Shown piece by piece: positions 1-17,049 of a stretch of 64,000 nt of DNA (the first letter of the stretch is position 1; the number at the start of each line of letters is the position of its first letter). The notes beneath the pieces are model-generated. The model made no database searches, had not been told where the DNA came from, and saw nothing but the letters and a program-made list of their open reading frames with translations. The stretch lies in assembly GCF_009914755.1 (NCBI RefSeq), contig NC_060925.1; one strand, 5' to 3'. The translations under genes and the position numbers were made by a program. Origin of the DNA: the human T2T-CHM13v2.0 reference genome, Homo sapiens.

Positions 1-197
1 AGAGATGGATCAGAAAAAAAGATCCGGGAGTAAGTTTTAATTAATTTGTACATTTCAAAGTTTTATTTTCAGATTGCTTTTGAAAAATTTGCCTTTTCTC
101 CTGCACTTTAGAAAGTCAGACATTTAATATATTGAAACACTTCGCTTAATGCAAGAGAATGTTTAATTTTTTTTCATAGCTCTATTACTGGCTACTA

Positions 198-471
<274 letters not shown>

Positions 472-527
472 AGAGAAAGTTAGTGTTAATGAAGAGAGCT
501 TTAACTTACAGCAACCCAGTAAGTAGG

Positions 528-706
528 CTGAAGTTAGTGTTTCTGTTTTTACAGTTATTAAAATGAAAATTATCTTACTCTAGGATTACTCTAAATAGCA
601 CAAGGAAACAAAGTTGCCCGAAGTTAGTGTTTCTGTTTTACAGTTACTAAAATGAAAATTGTCTTAGTCCAGGATTACACTAAATAGTGCAAGAAAACAA
701 AGTTGA
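528..706. repeat. 90-bp two-copy tandem duplication in the last RNF11 intron
   Basis: gaagttagtgtttctgtttt...aaacaaagttg at 530-616 and 620-705, a few substitutions. Confidence 0.92.
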
Positions 707-1054
707 TCTAACTGATGCTTTTCTACCTAAAATAATCCCATTCTCCTTCAGGTATCTGCTATAATATGTAGCTGTTTACAAGCACAGCAGTAGATTTGAT
801 GCATATGTAATCCATTTCTCTTTGCTCTGTTGATTGCTCCTAAGTCCTGCAAATTCTCAGGGGATTGAAATAAGAGACTGTGGACAGATCAACATTAGGA
901 AAAAATTCAGTTTGCATGCTTTGGCAATAAGATGACAGGCAAAGCATTCTGATGTGTTACTCAGATTAACACTGTCTTTAATGGGATTTAAAGAGTTTTC
1001 TGAATAGGACACTTCTGAAAATGCCTTCTGATTTCTCTCCATTGCTCTCAACAG

Positions 1055-1226
1055 GTGTGTGATCTGTATGATGGACTTTGTTTATGGGGACCCAATTCGA
1101 TTTCTGCCGTGCATGCACATCTATCACCTGGACTGTATAGATGACTGGTTGATGAGATCCTTCACGTGCCCCTCCTGCATGGAGCCAGTTGATGCAGCAC
1201 TGCTTTCATCCTATGAGACTAATTGA
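1055..1226 (+). CDS. RNF11: RING finger protein 11, last coding exon (RING-H2 domain and stop)
   Basis: Polypyrimidine tract and acceptor ctctcaacAG at 1053-1054. Translates (x)CVICMMDFVYGDPIRFLPCMHIYHLDCIDDWLMRSFTCPSCMEPVDAALLSSYETN* (TGA 1224-1226), a C-x2-C-x14-C-x-H-x2-H-x2-C-x10-C-x2-C RING-H2 motif matching the RNF11 C-terminus. Missed by the ORF track. Confidence 0.97.
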
Positions 1227-3350
1227 GCCAGGGTCTCTTATCTGACTTCAAGTGAACCACCATTTTGGTGGTTTTGATCTTTTGTCACTGAGCCCAAAGA
1301 GCCAGGGATTAGGAATTAAGATCGTGCACAAAAGTTTCCTTAAAATTCCTGGATGGCTGCAGATGTTGGGGGAAAAAGTACGTGATATTTTAGAAACTTA
1401 GTGGGAAAAGTAGGATGGTATTTTTATGTAAAGCCTTGACCCAATGTTTAAAAATATAATTGTATTTAGATCTTGTTATTGCTCCAGTACATAGGAATTG
1501 TGTAAAGTGTTAACAGCAGCTGTATTTGTTTAAATTGTGTGTATTGAAGATTAGGAAAAAGATAGTAGTTATTTTTCCTAAATGAAATAACTTTCTTCTC
1601 TTCCCCTTCCCCACCCGAATTCTTTTCTGAAGTTGCTGGCATTTGGGTCAAGGTTTTATTAAAAGCTACATTTTATAACACTGGCACACACAAAAAAGTA
1701 GTTTTAAGCTTGTTTGCACAGTTCTTTTTTTCCATTGGAAATGGAATTCATTGCCTTAGGTCTTTTTAAATAGTGTATTATTATCGTTGGGGCTGGCTCT
1801 ATGCTTGAAAACCAGTTTATTTATAACCTGTTATAAGTGCTATATTCTGTTTGCAGTTAGGAAATGCAGAATTCAAAGTGATCTCCTAGCTTGTAAGCAA
1901 ACTGAGATGCACTATCCCTTTTCTATAAAAAATAAGTTAATGTGTCAAGAAACCAACTCTATTAAGGTGGGGTTTAATATTACCCTTTCCTATGTGTTTT
2001 ATCTAATTATTTTGGTTGTTAATATGGTGATAATGGAAAGTCAAGTTAAATTTTAAATATTAAGAATTCTGATTTATTGAGATTGAATTATGCCACCACG
2101 TTTATGTAAAAATGAAGGTGGCACCGTGGTGAGACCTAATGAGAAATAGTTACTCAGTTGTAAAAATTTTGATTTATTCTCTTTCTTCTGACCTCCTTGC
2201 CTCTTGTCTTGAACCATAGCAAAAGGATACTGCATCTCTCATTACTGTAGTGCTGAGGTTATTGAAGTTATACAAAACACATCTCAGTCTCTGTTTCTTG
2301 GAAAGGTATCTATTACATCCTGCTAGCTGACTGACAAAACTAAGCAGGGAGAATAAAGATAATTGTATTTTATGTTTTGCACACAAACGCAGAATTTGTA
2401 TAACCATATGACTTCATAGTTGTGATCTCAAAAAAGAAGGAATTTCTCCTTTGTTTCTTGCAGTTAATGTAAGAATACTTTAAATCTCTAAGCTTCTGAA
2501 GTGTTAGAGGTAGAGATGGTCTAGTAAAGATGTAGTAGTAATGTTTTATCCATTTAGCATGTGTTTATTTTTTCATATGTACTCAAAGGTGACTTATTGG
2601 TTCACCTCAGTGATATTACAGCTAAAAAAATCATTCATTAGCAAAAGGAAAAGTGGTCTCAACCTAACATCAGAAGTGTTTCTTATTATTATTTTATATT
2701 GAGTTGAATATTGAACTCTAACAGTTTTCTACATACAAAACACAGTGTCATGAAGGTTATTCATAATTGCATTATAGAGGAATGTAGTATGTCATAAGTA
2801 CTTTGTAAAGATTTGACATTCAACTGTAGTATCCATATGTTGCTTAAATTTCCTTATGAGCCCCATGATGGAAAGACTTAAAGATGAATTTGAGAAAAAT
2901 TGAAAGAAATTAGATTATCAGGTTCTGTTAAATTGTTACATGTATCTTGCTTAAATTTCTGTTTATTAATTTATATCCACCCAAGTACATAAAGCAAATT
3001 TGGAGGAAACAACTGAAGTTGTGCAATATTTTCTGATAATTGCTTTTTTTATTCTTGTGTTTTCTACTTAAACATAATGTCTGTGTCATCAAGTATTATA
3101 GTCAGACTTTTCTTTTTTTCTAGATTGTTAAAATTGGCAAATGAACTTTTTTAAAAATCATCTTCCATGTTGCAGTTAGTCTTTCTTTTCATTACAAGTC
3201 TTTCACAGAAGTTTGGTGGTAATATTGAAAGAACTAGCATTGGGCAGAATGTGTCTTTTTTAGGCACTTTATATTCTCAACATACAATGTTAAGAACCAT
3301 CAATTTTGACTTTTACTAAGTTGTTAAATAAAGTTATAATACAGCTGTGA
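1227..3350 (+). other. RNF11: RNF11 3'UTR
   Basis: AT-rich stretch with no recognisable interspersed repeats after the stop, ending at AATAAA 3327-3332; end approximate. Confidence 0.85.
3327..3332 (+). terminator. RNF11: Distal polyadenylation signal of RNF11 (proximal candidates ATTAAA 1658-1663, AATAAA 2352-2357)
   Basis: AATAAA at the end of the UTR block. Confidence 0.75.
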
Positions 3351-3906
3351 AGGGCTAAAGTTAGAGTTGATTACATAAGTAAGTATTCCCCATATAATCT
3401 TTTAAAAAGTTGTGTATGATTATTTTAAAATCTCTCTCTCTATATATACCTGTGGGAAGTATTTTTTATTGTTTGGCATTTAATATCATTTAATCATATA
3501 CTTAGGCTTGATAGCACCAAAGTTTCTAAAACCAAACAATAGCTATAATCTCTTGATTTAGATATGGGCAAGATATGTCCAAGCTTGGCTGTGGGATTTG
3601 AAATTTCTAAAAAGCCTAACCAGGAAGAAACAAAAGAATCTTATCCTTTTGAGTGTAAAACCTAACAAGTTGAAATACTTTCAGATATTTGTAGTTTACC
3701 TAACACAAACTTAAAAAATTCTGTGAGTTTCTTGATAGGGAATCTCCTCAGTCGGTACTAGAAGACTCGCCCCCTGCTATTGGTGTTTATCATGTGATAT
3801 AAAACAGTATGATTTCATGCAATAGTAAGCATTGAGATAACAGATCCCCTGCATACAAATCTTCATAAAGAAGCATTCATTTTTAAAAAGGAGCAACACT
3901 TAATAA

Positions 3907-4350
<444 letters not shown>

Positions 4351-4368
4351 TAAAAAACACTTAATCTT

Positions 4369-4710
<342 letters not shown>

Positions 4711-5497
4711 TTACTGTGCCTGATTTACAAATTAAACTTTAGCATAGGTATGTATGTGTAGGTACGTATGTTGTACTATCCACAGTTTGAGATATGCAGT
4801 GGGGTTCTTGGAGAGTATACCCCATGGATAGAGTGGGTGATACTGTAGTCAAAAGGAGAACTACCTAAGGTCTTGAGACTGGAGAAGTGGTAAACGAGAG
4901 AAAGTATGTTTCTTCAGCATAAGTCACAAAAATAGTTGGTGGCTATCTGTGCTTACAAAAGCAGTGGGTAGCAGTCATGGAGTCAACTGATGAAACTTGC
5001 GTGTAAATGCATCTTAGTGTAATAACCTCACCTAATTTTTTAAGCCTTAATTTTAAAATTTGTGGACACAAGAAAAGTTGGATTTTAGGTTAATATCTCT
5101 TCAAGTAATGTTAAATTTACCTATCTGAATTTAAATAAACACTTCTATGTTTTTTAATTTTTATTATATTTCTATTTTTAAAATATTTTTTCTTTTAAAT
5201 ATCAACTGCTCTTTTACTGGGCGGGAAGAGATAGAAGACGATTTGACCCGTCCTTCTGTACTTTTTTTTTTGAGACGGACTTTCTCTATCTCCCAGGCTG
5301 TAGTGCAGTGGTGTGATCATGGCTCACTCGACTCACTCATTTTGTCTCTTTAAGCCACATTTTCCTCACCATGGGAGTGTTGGTAGATCAGTAGTTCTCT
5401 GAGGCCAGGACAACCAGAGCACAATTACCTAGGGCTCTGGATGTTTATTAGTAATGGAGACCCCTATCATATCAGAGTGAGAGAGGAGAAACAGAAC

Positions 5498-5787
<290 letters not shown>

Positions 5788-6165
5788 TGATTCTGATGCA
5801 CTAGTAGGTTTTGGAACCATTGGTAGATGATCCCTTCCCAAACTTGTGAAGTACAGGTTTGGTTCTTTTTTTGTTTCCTGAGAAATTAGAAGCAGTATTG
5901 GGCACTTGTTGGTTATTCAGAGATTGATTGTCCAGGCACAATTATCTAGACTTTCTGCTCTTCATTTGTCCTTTTGCTATTTCCTTGCTCTTTAGCATAG
6001 ATACAGAGCATCCAGATAAGTAAGTCCCTTTACAACCTATTTCCTGATTTTACAAGCTTCTTCCATCAGAGGCACCAGTGAATTATAAAAAGGGTTTGAG
6101 ATTTATTTGCACATTTTAATTGTCCACATTGTTTGCTTTATCACACTGAGCACTTAGGCACAAGC

Positions 6166-6481
<316 letters not shown>

Positions 6482-7305
6482 TAGCTGGATGCATCTGATT
6501 AATGTTATTAACTGACTAAAGCCATTTATTGTTTCTTCACATACAGTTTTTTAATAAAAGTATGGTCGAGATTACCTTTTCATTACATTTCTGTTTCTTG
6601 AGAAAAATTACTGTTCACTGGCACATTTAGTCATCTTCAGGTGCTTCCCATAGAAAGTTTGTTTTTCTCTTTGAATGAAGGAGTGTTAGCAATAGGCACA
6701 TGTTTTAGGCATCTAAAACTGATGGTGATGAAAGGAGCAGCGCCTATTTGCTTTGAACCCTTCCTCTAATATTTGTGCTTGTGGGCTCCACATCTCTTAG
6801 CACTGAGAAAAAGAAGTTGTTGAGGAAGATACTAAGGGGTCTCCCTAAGTGTCTTGTCATGGCAGTGTGTACTCTGAATGCCTGTGAGAAGATTTGGTTG
6901 GCTATGCAAAAAAAGTTCAACTTCTCACTGGAGGCCACCACAGTAGCTAATCTGGTCAGTTAGTACCCAAAAGCAAGTTTTAAGCATTGTGTGTGAATTG
7001 AGAAGCCTGGACTACTATACTATCAGAAAGACACTGAGATTGGCTTCCAGCATTATCCAAATGAGGTGCAGGAATAGGCTACATTCTGCCAACCCCAGAA
7101 TTAGAGCCAGGCCTTCAGCTTTGAAACAATGCAGAATGATGATCCTCTATGCAAAAGCTTAGCTGAACTGGGTAAACACATTATAAAAGTTAACAGCTAC
7201 AACTTCACAGTGTGCAAAGTGTGGGAAGAGAAGAGGTTTGGTCTTCGTGCTGCTTGCTTACACTCATCACTATCTGTAGTGTTACCCTGACACGAGGAAG
7301 AATAA

Positions 7306-7620
<315 letters not shown>

Positions 7621-7883
7621 GCATTCTTATTTCTGGTTGTGAGACAGGTGCTGTTCTAGTAAGGCATTTTCAGATGATGGGCTGTTTTTGCAAGTCCTGC
7701 TCTCAGGGCTCTTCCTTAAACTTTGAGTTAATGGCTTTGAAGATATACTTGAAGTAAGAAATCCTGGTCCTGGGCATGGATTTTAATAAACTGGATTTCT
7801 GATTTTTTCTGAAGAGCAAAGAACATGAAATACCTACTCATATTGAGTCTTAGCACCTAATTATAACTTAGCATATTGACAGC

Positions 7884-8174
7884 TTTTTTTTTTTGGACAT
7901 AGCCTTGCTCTGTTGCCCAGGCTGGAGTGCAGCGGTGCAATCTTGGCTCACTGTAACCTCTGCCTCCTGGGTTCAAGTGATTCTCATGCCTCAGCCTCCT
8001 GAGTAGCTGGGACTACAGGGGCACATCACCATGCTCAGTTAAATTTTGTATTTTTAGTAGAGATGGAGTTTCACCGTGCTGCCCAGGGTGATTTCGAACT
8101 CCTGAGCTGAGGCAATCTGCCCGCCTCAGCCTCCCAAAGTGCTAGGATTACAGGTGTGAGCCACTGCGCCTGGC
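7884..8174 (-). mobile_element. Alu
   Basis: Full length. Confidence 0.93.
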
Positions 8175-8329
8175 CAAGATGCAGCATTTTTATGGTTTAG
8201 ACAAACCAGAAGCAATTGGTGCTGGAGACTAACTTCCATGTTTAACCCTATATAATCCATTCTTCACACAGCAGTTAAATTAAGGTGAATAAATAAATTG
8301 ATGTCATTTCCCTACTTAAAACTTTAATA

Positions 8330-8706
<377 letters not shown>

Positions 8707-9323
8707 TTAGCCCCATGGGCCGTCTGTGTGCCTTCTAAAATGGCAAGTTCTTTCCTGTCTCAAGTCTTTTTGTGCTATTCTGCCCTGCAGCTCTCTTCTC
8801 CACATTGTTCAGATAGCTGACTTCTTATCCTCTAGACCAGATACATCCCACTTACAAGCATGAATTAGGAATTTTGTCCTCATGGAACATCATAGAATGT
8901 ACTTGCACAAACCTAGATGGTATTGTTGCTCCTAGGCTACAGACCTGGCCAGCGTGTTACTGTGCTGAATATCCTGGGCAATTGTAACACAGTGCTTGTA
9001 TCTGTGCATCTAAACATAGAAAACTGTAAAAGATAAAACAGTATACCTGTAGTTACCATGAAGGGAGCTTGCAGGGCTGGAGGTTGCTCTGGGTGAATCA
9101 GTGAGTGAGTGGTGCACGAATGTGAAGCCCTTAAGACATTACTGTACACTACTGTAGACTTTATAAACGCCACACCTGGGCCACATTGTTTATGATTTAA
9201 AATATTCTTTTTTCAATAATTAACAGCTTACTGTACTTTTATAAACTTTCTAAATTTTTTAACTTTTAAACTTTTGTAATATGTACCATATATAATTGTA
9301 TGTGCTATAATTGTATACAACTG

Positions 9324-9615
9324 GGCCGGGCGTGGTGGCTCACGCCTGTAATCCCAGCACTTTGGGTGGCCAAGGCAGGCAGATCACCTGAGGTTGGGAG
9401 TTCAAGACCAGCATAGCCAACATGGTGAAACCCTGTCTCTACTAAAAATGCAAAAATTAGCTGGGCATGGTGGCTCATGCCTGTAATAGCTACTCGGGAA
9501 GCAGAGGCGGGAGATCGCTTGAACTCAGGAGGTGAAGGTTGCAATGATCTGGAGTGCCGAGATCATGCCACTGCACTCCAGCCTGGACGACAAGAGCGGA
9601 AGTCCGTCTCAAAAA
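9324..9615 (+). mobile_element. Alu
   Basis: Full length, short tail. Confidence 0.93.
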
Positions 9616-9728
9616 TTTTTTTTTGATGATTGGCAGTGCAGTAGGTGTGTTTACACCAACATCACCACAAACGTGAGTAATGTGTTGCCCTACAAACTTA
9701 CCATGGCTATATCACTAGGGCATAGGAA

Positions 9729-10052
<324 letters not shown>

Positions 10053-10317
10053 TTATGAACCCACCGTCATATATATGGTCTGTGATTGACTGAAATATCG
10101 TTATGTGGCAGATGAGTGTATTTACTCCATGGCTCTAATTCTTTGTTAACTCCTATGACTTCACTTTCAGAACAAGCTCCGTGAGAGCAGGACAGTAGGT
10201 GTTCAACAGATATGTATTAAATGAAGGGAAGGAGAAAATGGGGAAAAAGAGGTCCTTAGAAATCCAAGCTAGCTAACATCTCAAGGAGTTTCCCGTTGCA
10301 AAATAGGGATCTTATAA

Positions 10318-10800
<483 letters not shown>

Positions 10801-11068
10801 TGATAAGCCTTGTCTCTAACCAGTACACCCACTGTTCTCATCCTCCCCTGTTCTTGGGAATGGGGTAAGTCATTCTTCCTGTATATCAACTTTTGAAAGA
10901 AAGGACATAATAGTGGATTTATGGTGTTTTTGTTTGTCAAATACACCGCCTTCCCTTTTAGTAATACCCCCACTGAGCATATGTCTGAAGGTAGGCCAAT
11001 TGTGGTACCTCACTGCCATTTTAGGGCAGTGGGTCTCGAACTTCAGTGTGCATCAGATTCATCGGCAG

Positions 11069-11364
11069 TTCTTTTTTTTTTTGAGACACAGTCTCCCTCT
11101 GTTGTCCAGGCTGGAGTGCAGTGGCGCAATCTCGGTTCACTGCAACCTCCACCCTCTCAGGCTCAAGCAATTCTCATGCCTCAGCCTCCCAAGTAGCTGG
11201 GATTACAGGGATGCACCACCACATTCGGCTAATTTTTGTATTTTTAGTAGAAACGGGTTTCACCATGTTGGCTAGGCTAGTATCGAACTCCTGACCTCAA
11301 GTGATCCAGCCGCCTCGGCCTCCCAAAGTGCTGGGATTACAGGCATGAGCCACTGCACCCGGCC
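11069..11364 (-). mobile_element. Alu
   Basis: Full length. Confidence 0.93.
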
Positions 11365-11393
11365 ATCTACAGGTCTTTTAAAACTCAGACTGT

Positions 11394-11681
<288 letters not shown>

Positions 11682-12299
11682 TCAGGGCCTCAAGCCTACA
11701 GTTTTTAGGTCAAGGTGGGATAGAATTTGTATGTCTAACAAGTTCCCAGGGGATGCTAATGCTGATCAGGGACCACACTTTGAGGAGCACTTGCCTAAGG
11801 GATGGACATTTGAGCCAAGCCAGACTAATTGTCCTTATCTGGTATTGTTCATACTGGAATTAGGAAAAGCAGCCCTTGGCTTCACTGGCCATATGCCATA
11901 AGGACATGAGACCTAAAGTGCCATGTACTCCTGCCATGCAGAGAAGCCAGATCAAAAGAATCTAACACAGGGGCAAAAGCCAAGAGATAAAGAAAGCTTA
12001 ATTGTGGCACTAGCGCCCCCGATTCAGTCATCCGTCAGGCCAAATCCACCACTGCCTTCGCACAGTAGAAGTAAGCCAATAAATTTACCTGAATATGGTA
12101 TACTCGGGGCCATACTAGGCTATTTATTTACATGCTTGCTCTTTATCCTCAACAACCCTTGTAAAGCAGTTGGCATTAAACCCCATTTTGCCTAAGAGTA
12201 AACTGATTCTCTAAATAGGGTGAAGTAGTTTGATTAAGTTGAATATACTGTGCTTTTATCCACTACCCCATGTAATTAATCGAACTTAAAAGTTGAGTA

Positions 12300-12606
12300 G
12301 GCCGGGCGTGGTGGCTCAGGCCTGTAATCCCAGCACTCTGAGAGGCTGAGGTGGGAAGATCACCTGAGGTTGGGAGTTTGAGATCAGCCTGACCGACATG
12401 GAGAAACCCCGTCTCTGCTAAAAATACAAAAGTAGCCGGGGGTGGTGGCACATGCCTATAATCCCAGCTACTCGGGAGGCTGAGGCAGGAAAATCACCTG
12501 AACCCTGGAGGCAGAGAGGTTGCGGTGAGCCGAGATCACGGCATTGCACTCCAGCCTGGGCAACAAGAGCGAAACTCAGTCTCAAAAAAAAAAAAAAAAA
12601 AAAAAA
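12300..12606 (+). mobile_element. Alu
   Basis: Full length. Confidence 0.95.
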
Positions 12607-13244
12607 CAAAGGCTGGATATTTTTAGTAAACCAGGCTTTCTCATACTGTGAATTTGCTCACAACCTCTTTTCCAGAGAACTGTAGGAAGTCATCTCAGTA
12701 CCAGGAGGACAAAGCTGTGGCCCGTGGGCCACTTTGACCCACAAATGTGATGTGCTTAGCCAAGCACTCATAAGTGCTTAAACTATAAAACAGTTTTTAG
12801 TGCCTTTGGCATCATATGCTTCCCAGTTTGCCAGTGATCCTCTTTCTTATTGTCTTATACCAAGCCCCTTCTAGCACATGACTTGCTATGCATCAAGCCT
12901 CAGTGCAGGCTTCACTTCCCATCTCTGGAGTAGTTGACTGGAACTCTACCTGAGTGGGGATTGGATCATGCCTTTTCCTCCATCATCCCTCGATGATTTT
13001 CTGAGCAAATACTGTTGTTTAAGGATTGCTTTTCTTTTGGCTTTTTGCAAGTTAGGCCCTCTCCCTACTTCATGATGCCAAGTGCCAAAGGGAGCCATGC
13101 CACAAAGACATGCTCCATGTGTTTGCAGCCAAGCATCTCCAGCGGTTGAGCTATTAGTCAGTACTTCTTCCATTTTCACAGTGGCCCAAGAGTCAGTATA
13201 AGCTGGGTCTAACTTTACACAGGATTTTACAGCTTGACCAACAG

Positions 13245-13470
13245 TGTAGCAAAGTACAGGCTTTAGAGTTCAGCAGCCTGTCTTCAAATCTTACTGCTGC
13301 ATAATCGTTGTGTGATCTTAGGCAACTTATTTACCTGTGCCTCAGTTTTGCCATCTGCAAAATGACAATGGCCCCACTTCATAGGATTATGTAAATATTA
13401 TGAGGATTAAATAAATGTAAAGTACTTAGAATAGCAACTGGCACATAATGAGTATTTAATAAATACTAGC
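13245..13470. mobile_element. MIR
   Basis: Core tgtgatcttaggcaac...gtgcctcagttttgccatctgcaaaatg. Confidence 0.75.
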
Positions 13471-13597
13471 TTTTATTCTTTTCCCCAGAGCATATTGGTG
13501 TCTGATGTTCTGGAGTGTTTAATGTGGAGGAAGAAAAACAAACCTGATCTAGTCATTTGTGAGACATTAGCTGTGATGTCTCTGATTAAACATCCAC

Positions 13598-13888
13598 TTT
13601 TTTTTCTTTTTTAGACAGAGTCTCGCTCTGTCACCCAGGCTGGAGTGCAGAGGCGCGATCTCGGCTCACTGCAAGCTCCACCAACCGGGTTCAAGCAATT
13701 CTGCCTCAGCCTCCTGAGTAGCAGGGACTACAGGTGCCTGCCACCACGCCCACTTAATTTTTGTATTTGTAGTAGAGACCGAGTTTCACCATGTTGGCCA
13801 GGATGGTCTCAATCTCCTGACCTTGTGATCCACCTGCCTCGGCGTCCCAAAGTGCTGGGATTACAGGCGTGAACCACCACGCCCAGCC
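13598..13888 (-). mobile_element. Alu
   Basis: Full length. Confidence 0.93.
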
Positions 13889-15388
13889 AAACATGAACTT
13901 TTAACAGTCCATAGAGACCTTCAATAGTTCATTCTATGTCTTCCCAAAGGGCTCTATTCTTATTTTGTCACTTAACAGTTGACTTTATACAGTGGAAGCA
14001 GTCATAGATTACTCATTTAGAGATGGAGTTTTCGAGTCCCCAAATGAGGTTTCTTGTTTGTGGACCTAGCCTATTAATCAGTAATGAACTTTGCACTGGA
14101 ATTCAAAGGAGCCGTGCTAACCCGAGCAGAAGGCACTTTCCGACCTTGGAAGGCTGCATCTGAGGGTGGGCGTGAGAAGTTCCCATTTGCTGCTTGGATT
14201 GCAGAATCCAGACACCTCTCATTTATTACTGAATTAGTGTGATGATGCTGAGGATGTTGAGAAGGCACTGTTAGGCTTTAAATTTGAAGTAAACAAGGAA
14301 AAGACTGTTGACTCCCATCATCTTAGAAGAAATGATCTTGGGAGTAACTCCAGAGGAAAGGGTCTGGATTTGATTCCTTGAATGGTTCTAGTACTCAGCA
14401 CACTGGGGCTTTCTTAAAACCTCTTGGTGCCATTCTTCACTTGGGAATCTCCCACCTGGACCTCAGCCAAATCTTGAGTTGGTGTTGGCCTTTTAGGATC
14501 CTGGCTTTGATGTCAGGTTGTGGCTTTCTGCTGTGAATGATAACTGTCTTGGAAACACTCCCATTCTGGCTCAAGAGATAAGGAATAGGGCAACCTGCCA
14601 ACCCATGGGAGAGCTGAGGGCCCAGCACACTGCTAGAAGCCACTCTGCCATTCTGAGGGCCTGTGATCAGTGAGAGGCTGAGGTAGACTTTCTGTTGCCA
14701 AGGACCTGTTCAGATCATGTTACATCATTGCTACTTCCCTAACAACTGAATTCATCTTGGGGCACAGGATTTAGACTTTCTCTAAATGAGGATTACTTGC
14801 TCTCTGGGTGTTCTGGCTACTGTAGAGCCCCTAAGAAGTCTATTATTTCTGGTTGAATTGCTTAGGGACACAAGGCTTTGGCAGAAAGGTAGGGAAGTGT
14901 ATCTGTTGCCTCATTTTGCAGATGAAAACCCATAAAGAAACTGTAGAAGGCAGGAAAGAGCCTTAATCTTGTCCAAATTGCTCATTTTTAGAGGATCTGT
15001 GACTTTCCCAAGGTTACTTTGAAAATCAGTAGCAAAGTCAGGACTGGAATTCAGGTCTCCTTATTTCCAGGCTCAAACCTTCCACCTGATCTGTGGCCTC
15101 TCCATGGCAGATGTGCTGGGAAGGTCTGCACTATTAGAGAAGCAGTGACCACAGATGACTCAAATAAGACATTGAGAGCCTATGACAGAATTTTCACTTT
15201 CTTGAAAACGCCCTTGCATAAGGATGTGGTGATGTTAGAAACCCAGTGTTTTCATTGTCCTTCACATATGTATGTATATGTATATATTTGATAGATTATC
15301 TCAGAATTTGCAGGTGGGGTACAGGAGGCAAAACCCACTGATTTATCTTATCAGGGCAGCAGAGGTAAAAGTGACATAGGATTAATTA

Positions 15389-16006
<618 letters not shown>

Positions 16007-16150
16007 CTATGGAGGACATTCTTTTGTTTCATTCTAATAATATGAGAGATTTTTTTTTCATAGCATTTCTACTCTGACAATACTCATTGGAAAAGATAAT
16101 CTTGGGTGAGGGTTTTTTTGCTTTTTTTCCTAATAATATATTTTGCCTAA

Positions 16151-16486
<336 letters not shown>

Positions 16487-16759
16487 GACTGGATCTTTAT
16501 ATATTAACCCAGACCCTTGGCAGATACTCGTGTTTGTTAAATACAGCAATCCTAGAAGATTGGAAAGTTTAACTGGTTCTTCTCTCGTAGAAACTGCATT
16601 CATGCATTTGGGGAGTAACGTTTTCACAGATGAATATTTTTACTGTGTGCATGATTTTCCCTACGGGGAAATGGTTAGGTTGAAGTGTGCTGACATCAGA
16701 AAGTGAAGAGTAAAACCTGGTGTTGGTCATTGAACCTGAGTTCTCACTTTAACAATCCT

Positions 16760-17030
16760 AGAGGTTGCAAATTCAGATGCTTTTAGGGGCCAGAAAGGTA
16801 ACAGAAGTGTTTAAAGTAGCCTGGACTTAGCTCTAGCTGATTGTTGCCTCATGGGAATGAGGCTCAATGTTGCCATTTTTGTTTGTTTGTTTTTAAATTA
16901 CAGGCCAGGAACCAGATTCATCTGTAAAATCTCCCCATTTGTGAATGCTGGTAACTTATTCAAAAAGTTTAAAACATTGTGTGGTCTAAATAAAACATAC
17001 ATAGGCCGTGTGGCTTCTGATCAAGACTTT
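16760..17030. mobile_element. hAT-Charlie MITE (MER102-like)
   Basis: gaggttgcaaattcagatgc...aggggccag terminus. Confidence 0.45.
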
Positions 17031-17049
17031 CTGCCTGGCCTAAGGATTC

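Noticed and set aside
6744-6963. Possible processed pseudogene fragment (overlapping 62-65 aa ORFs)
   Set aside because: No recognisable parent protein, poly(A) tail or TSD
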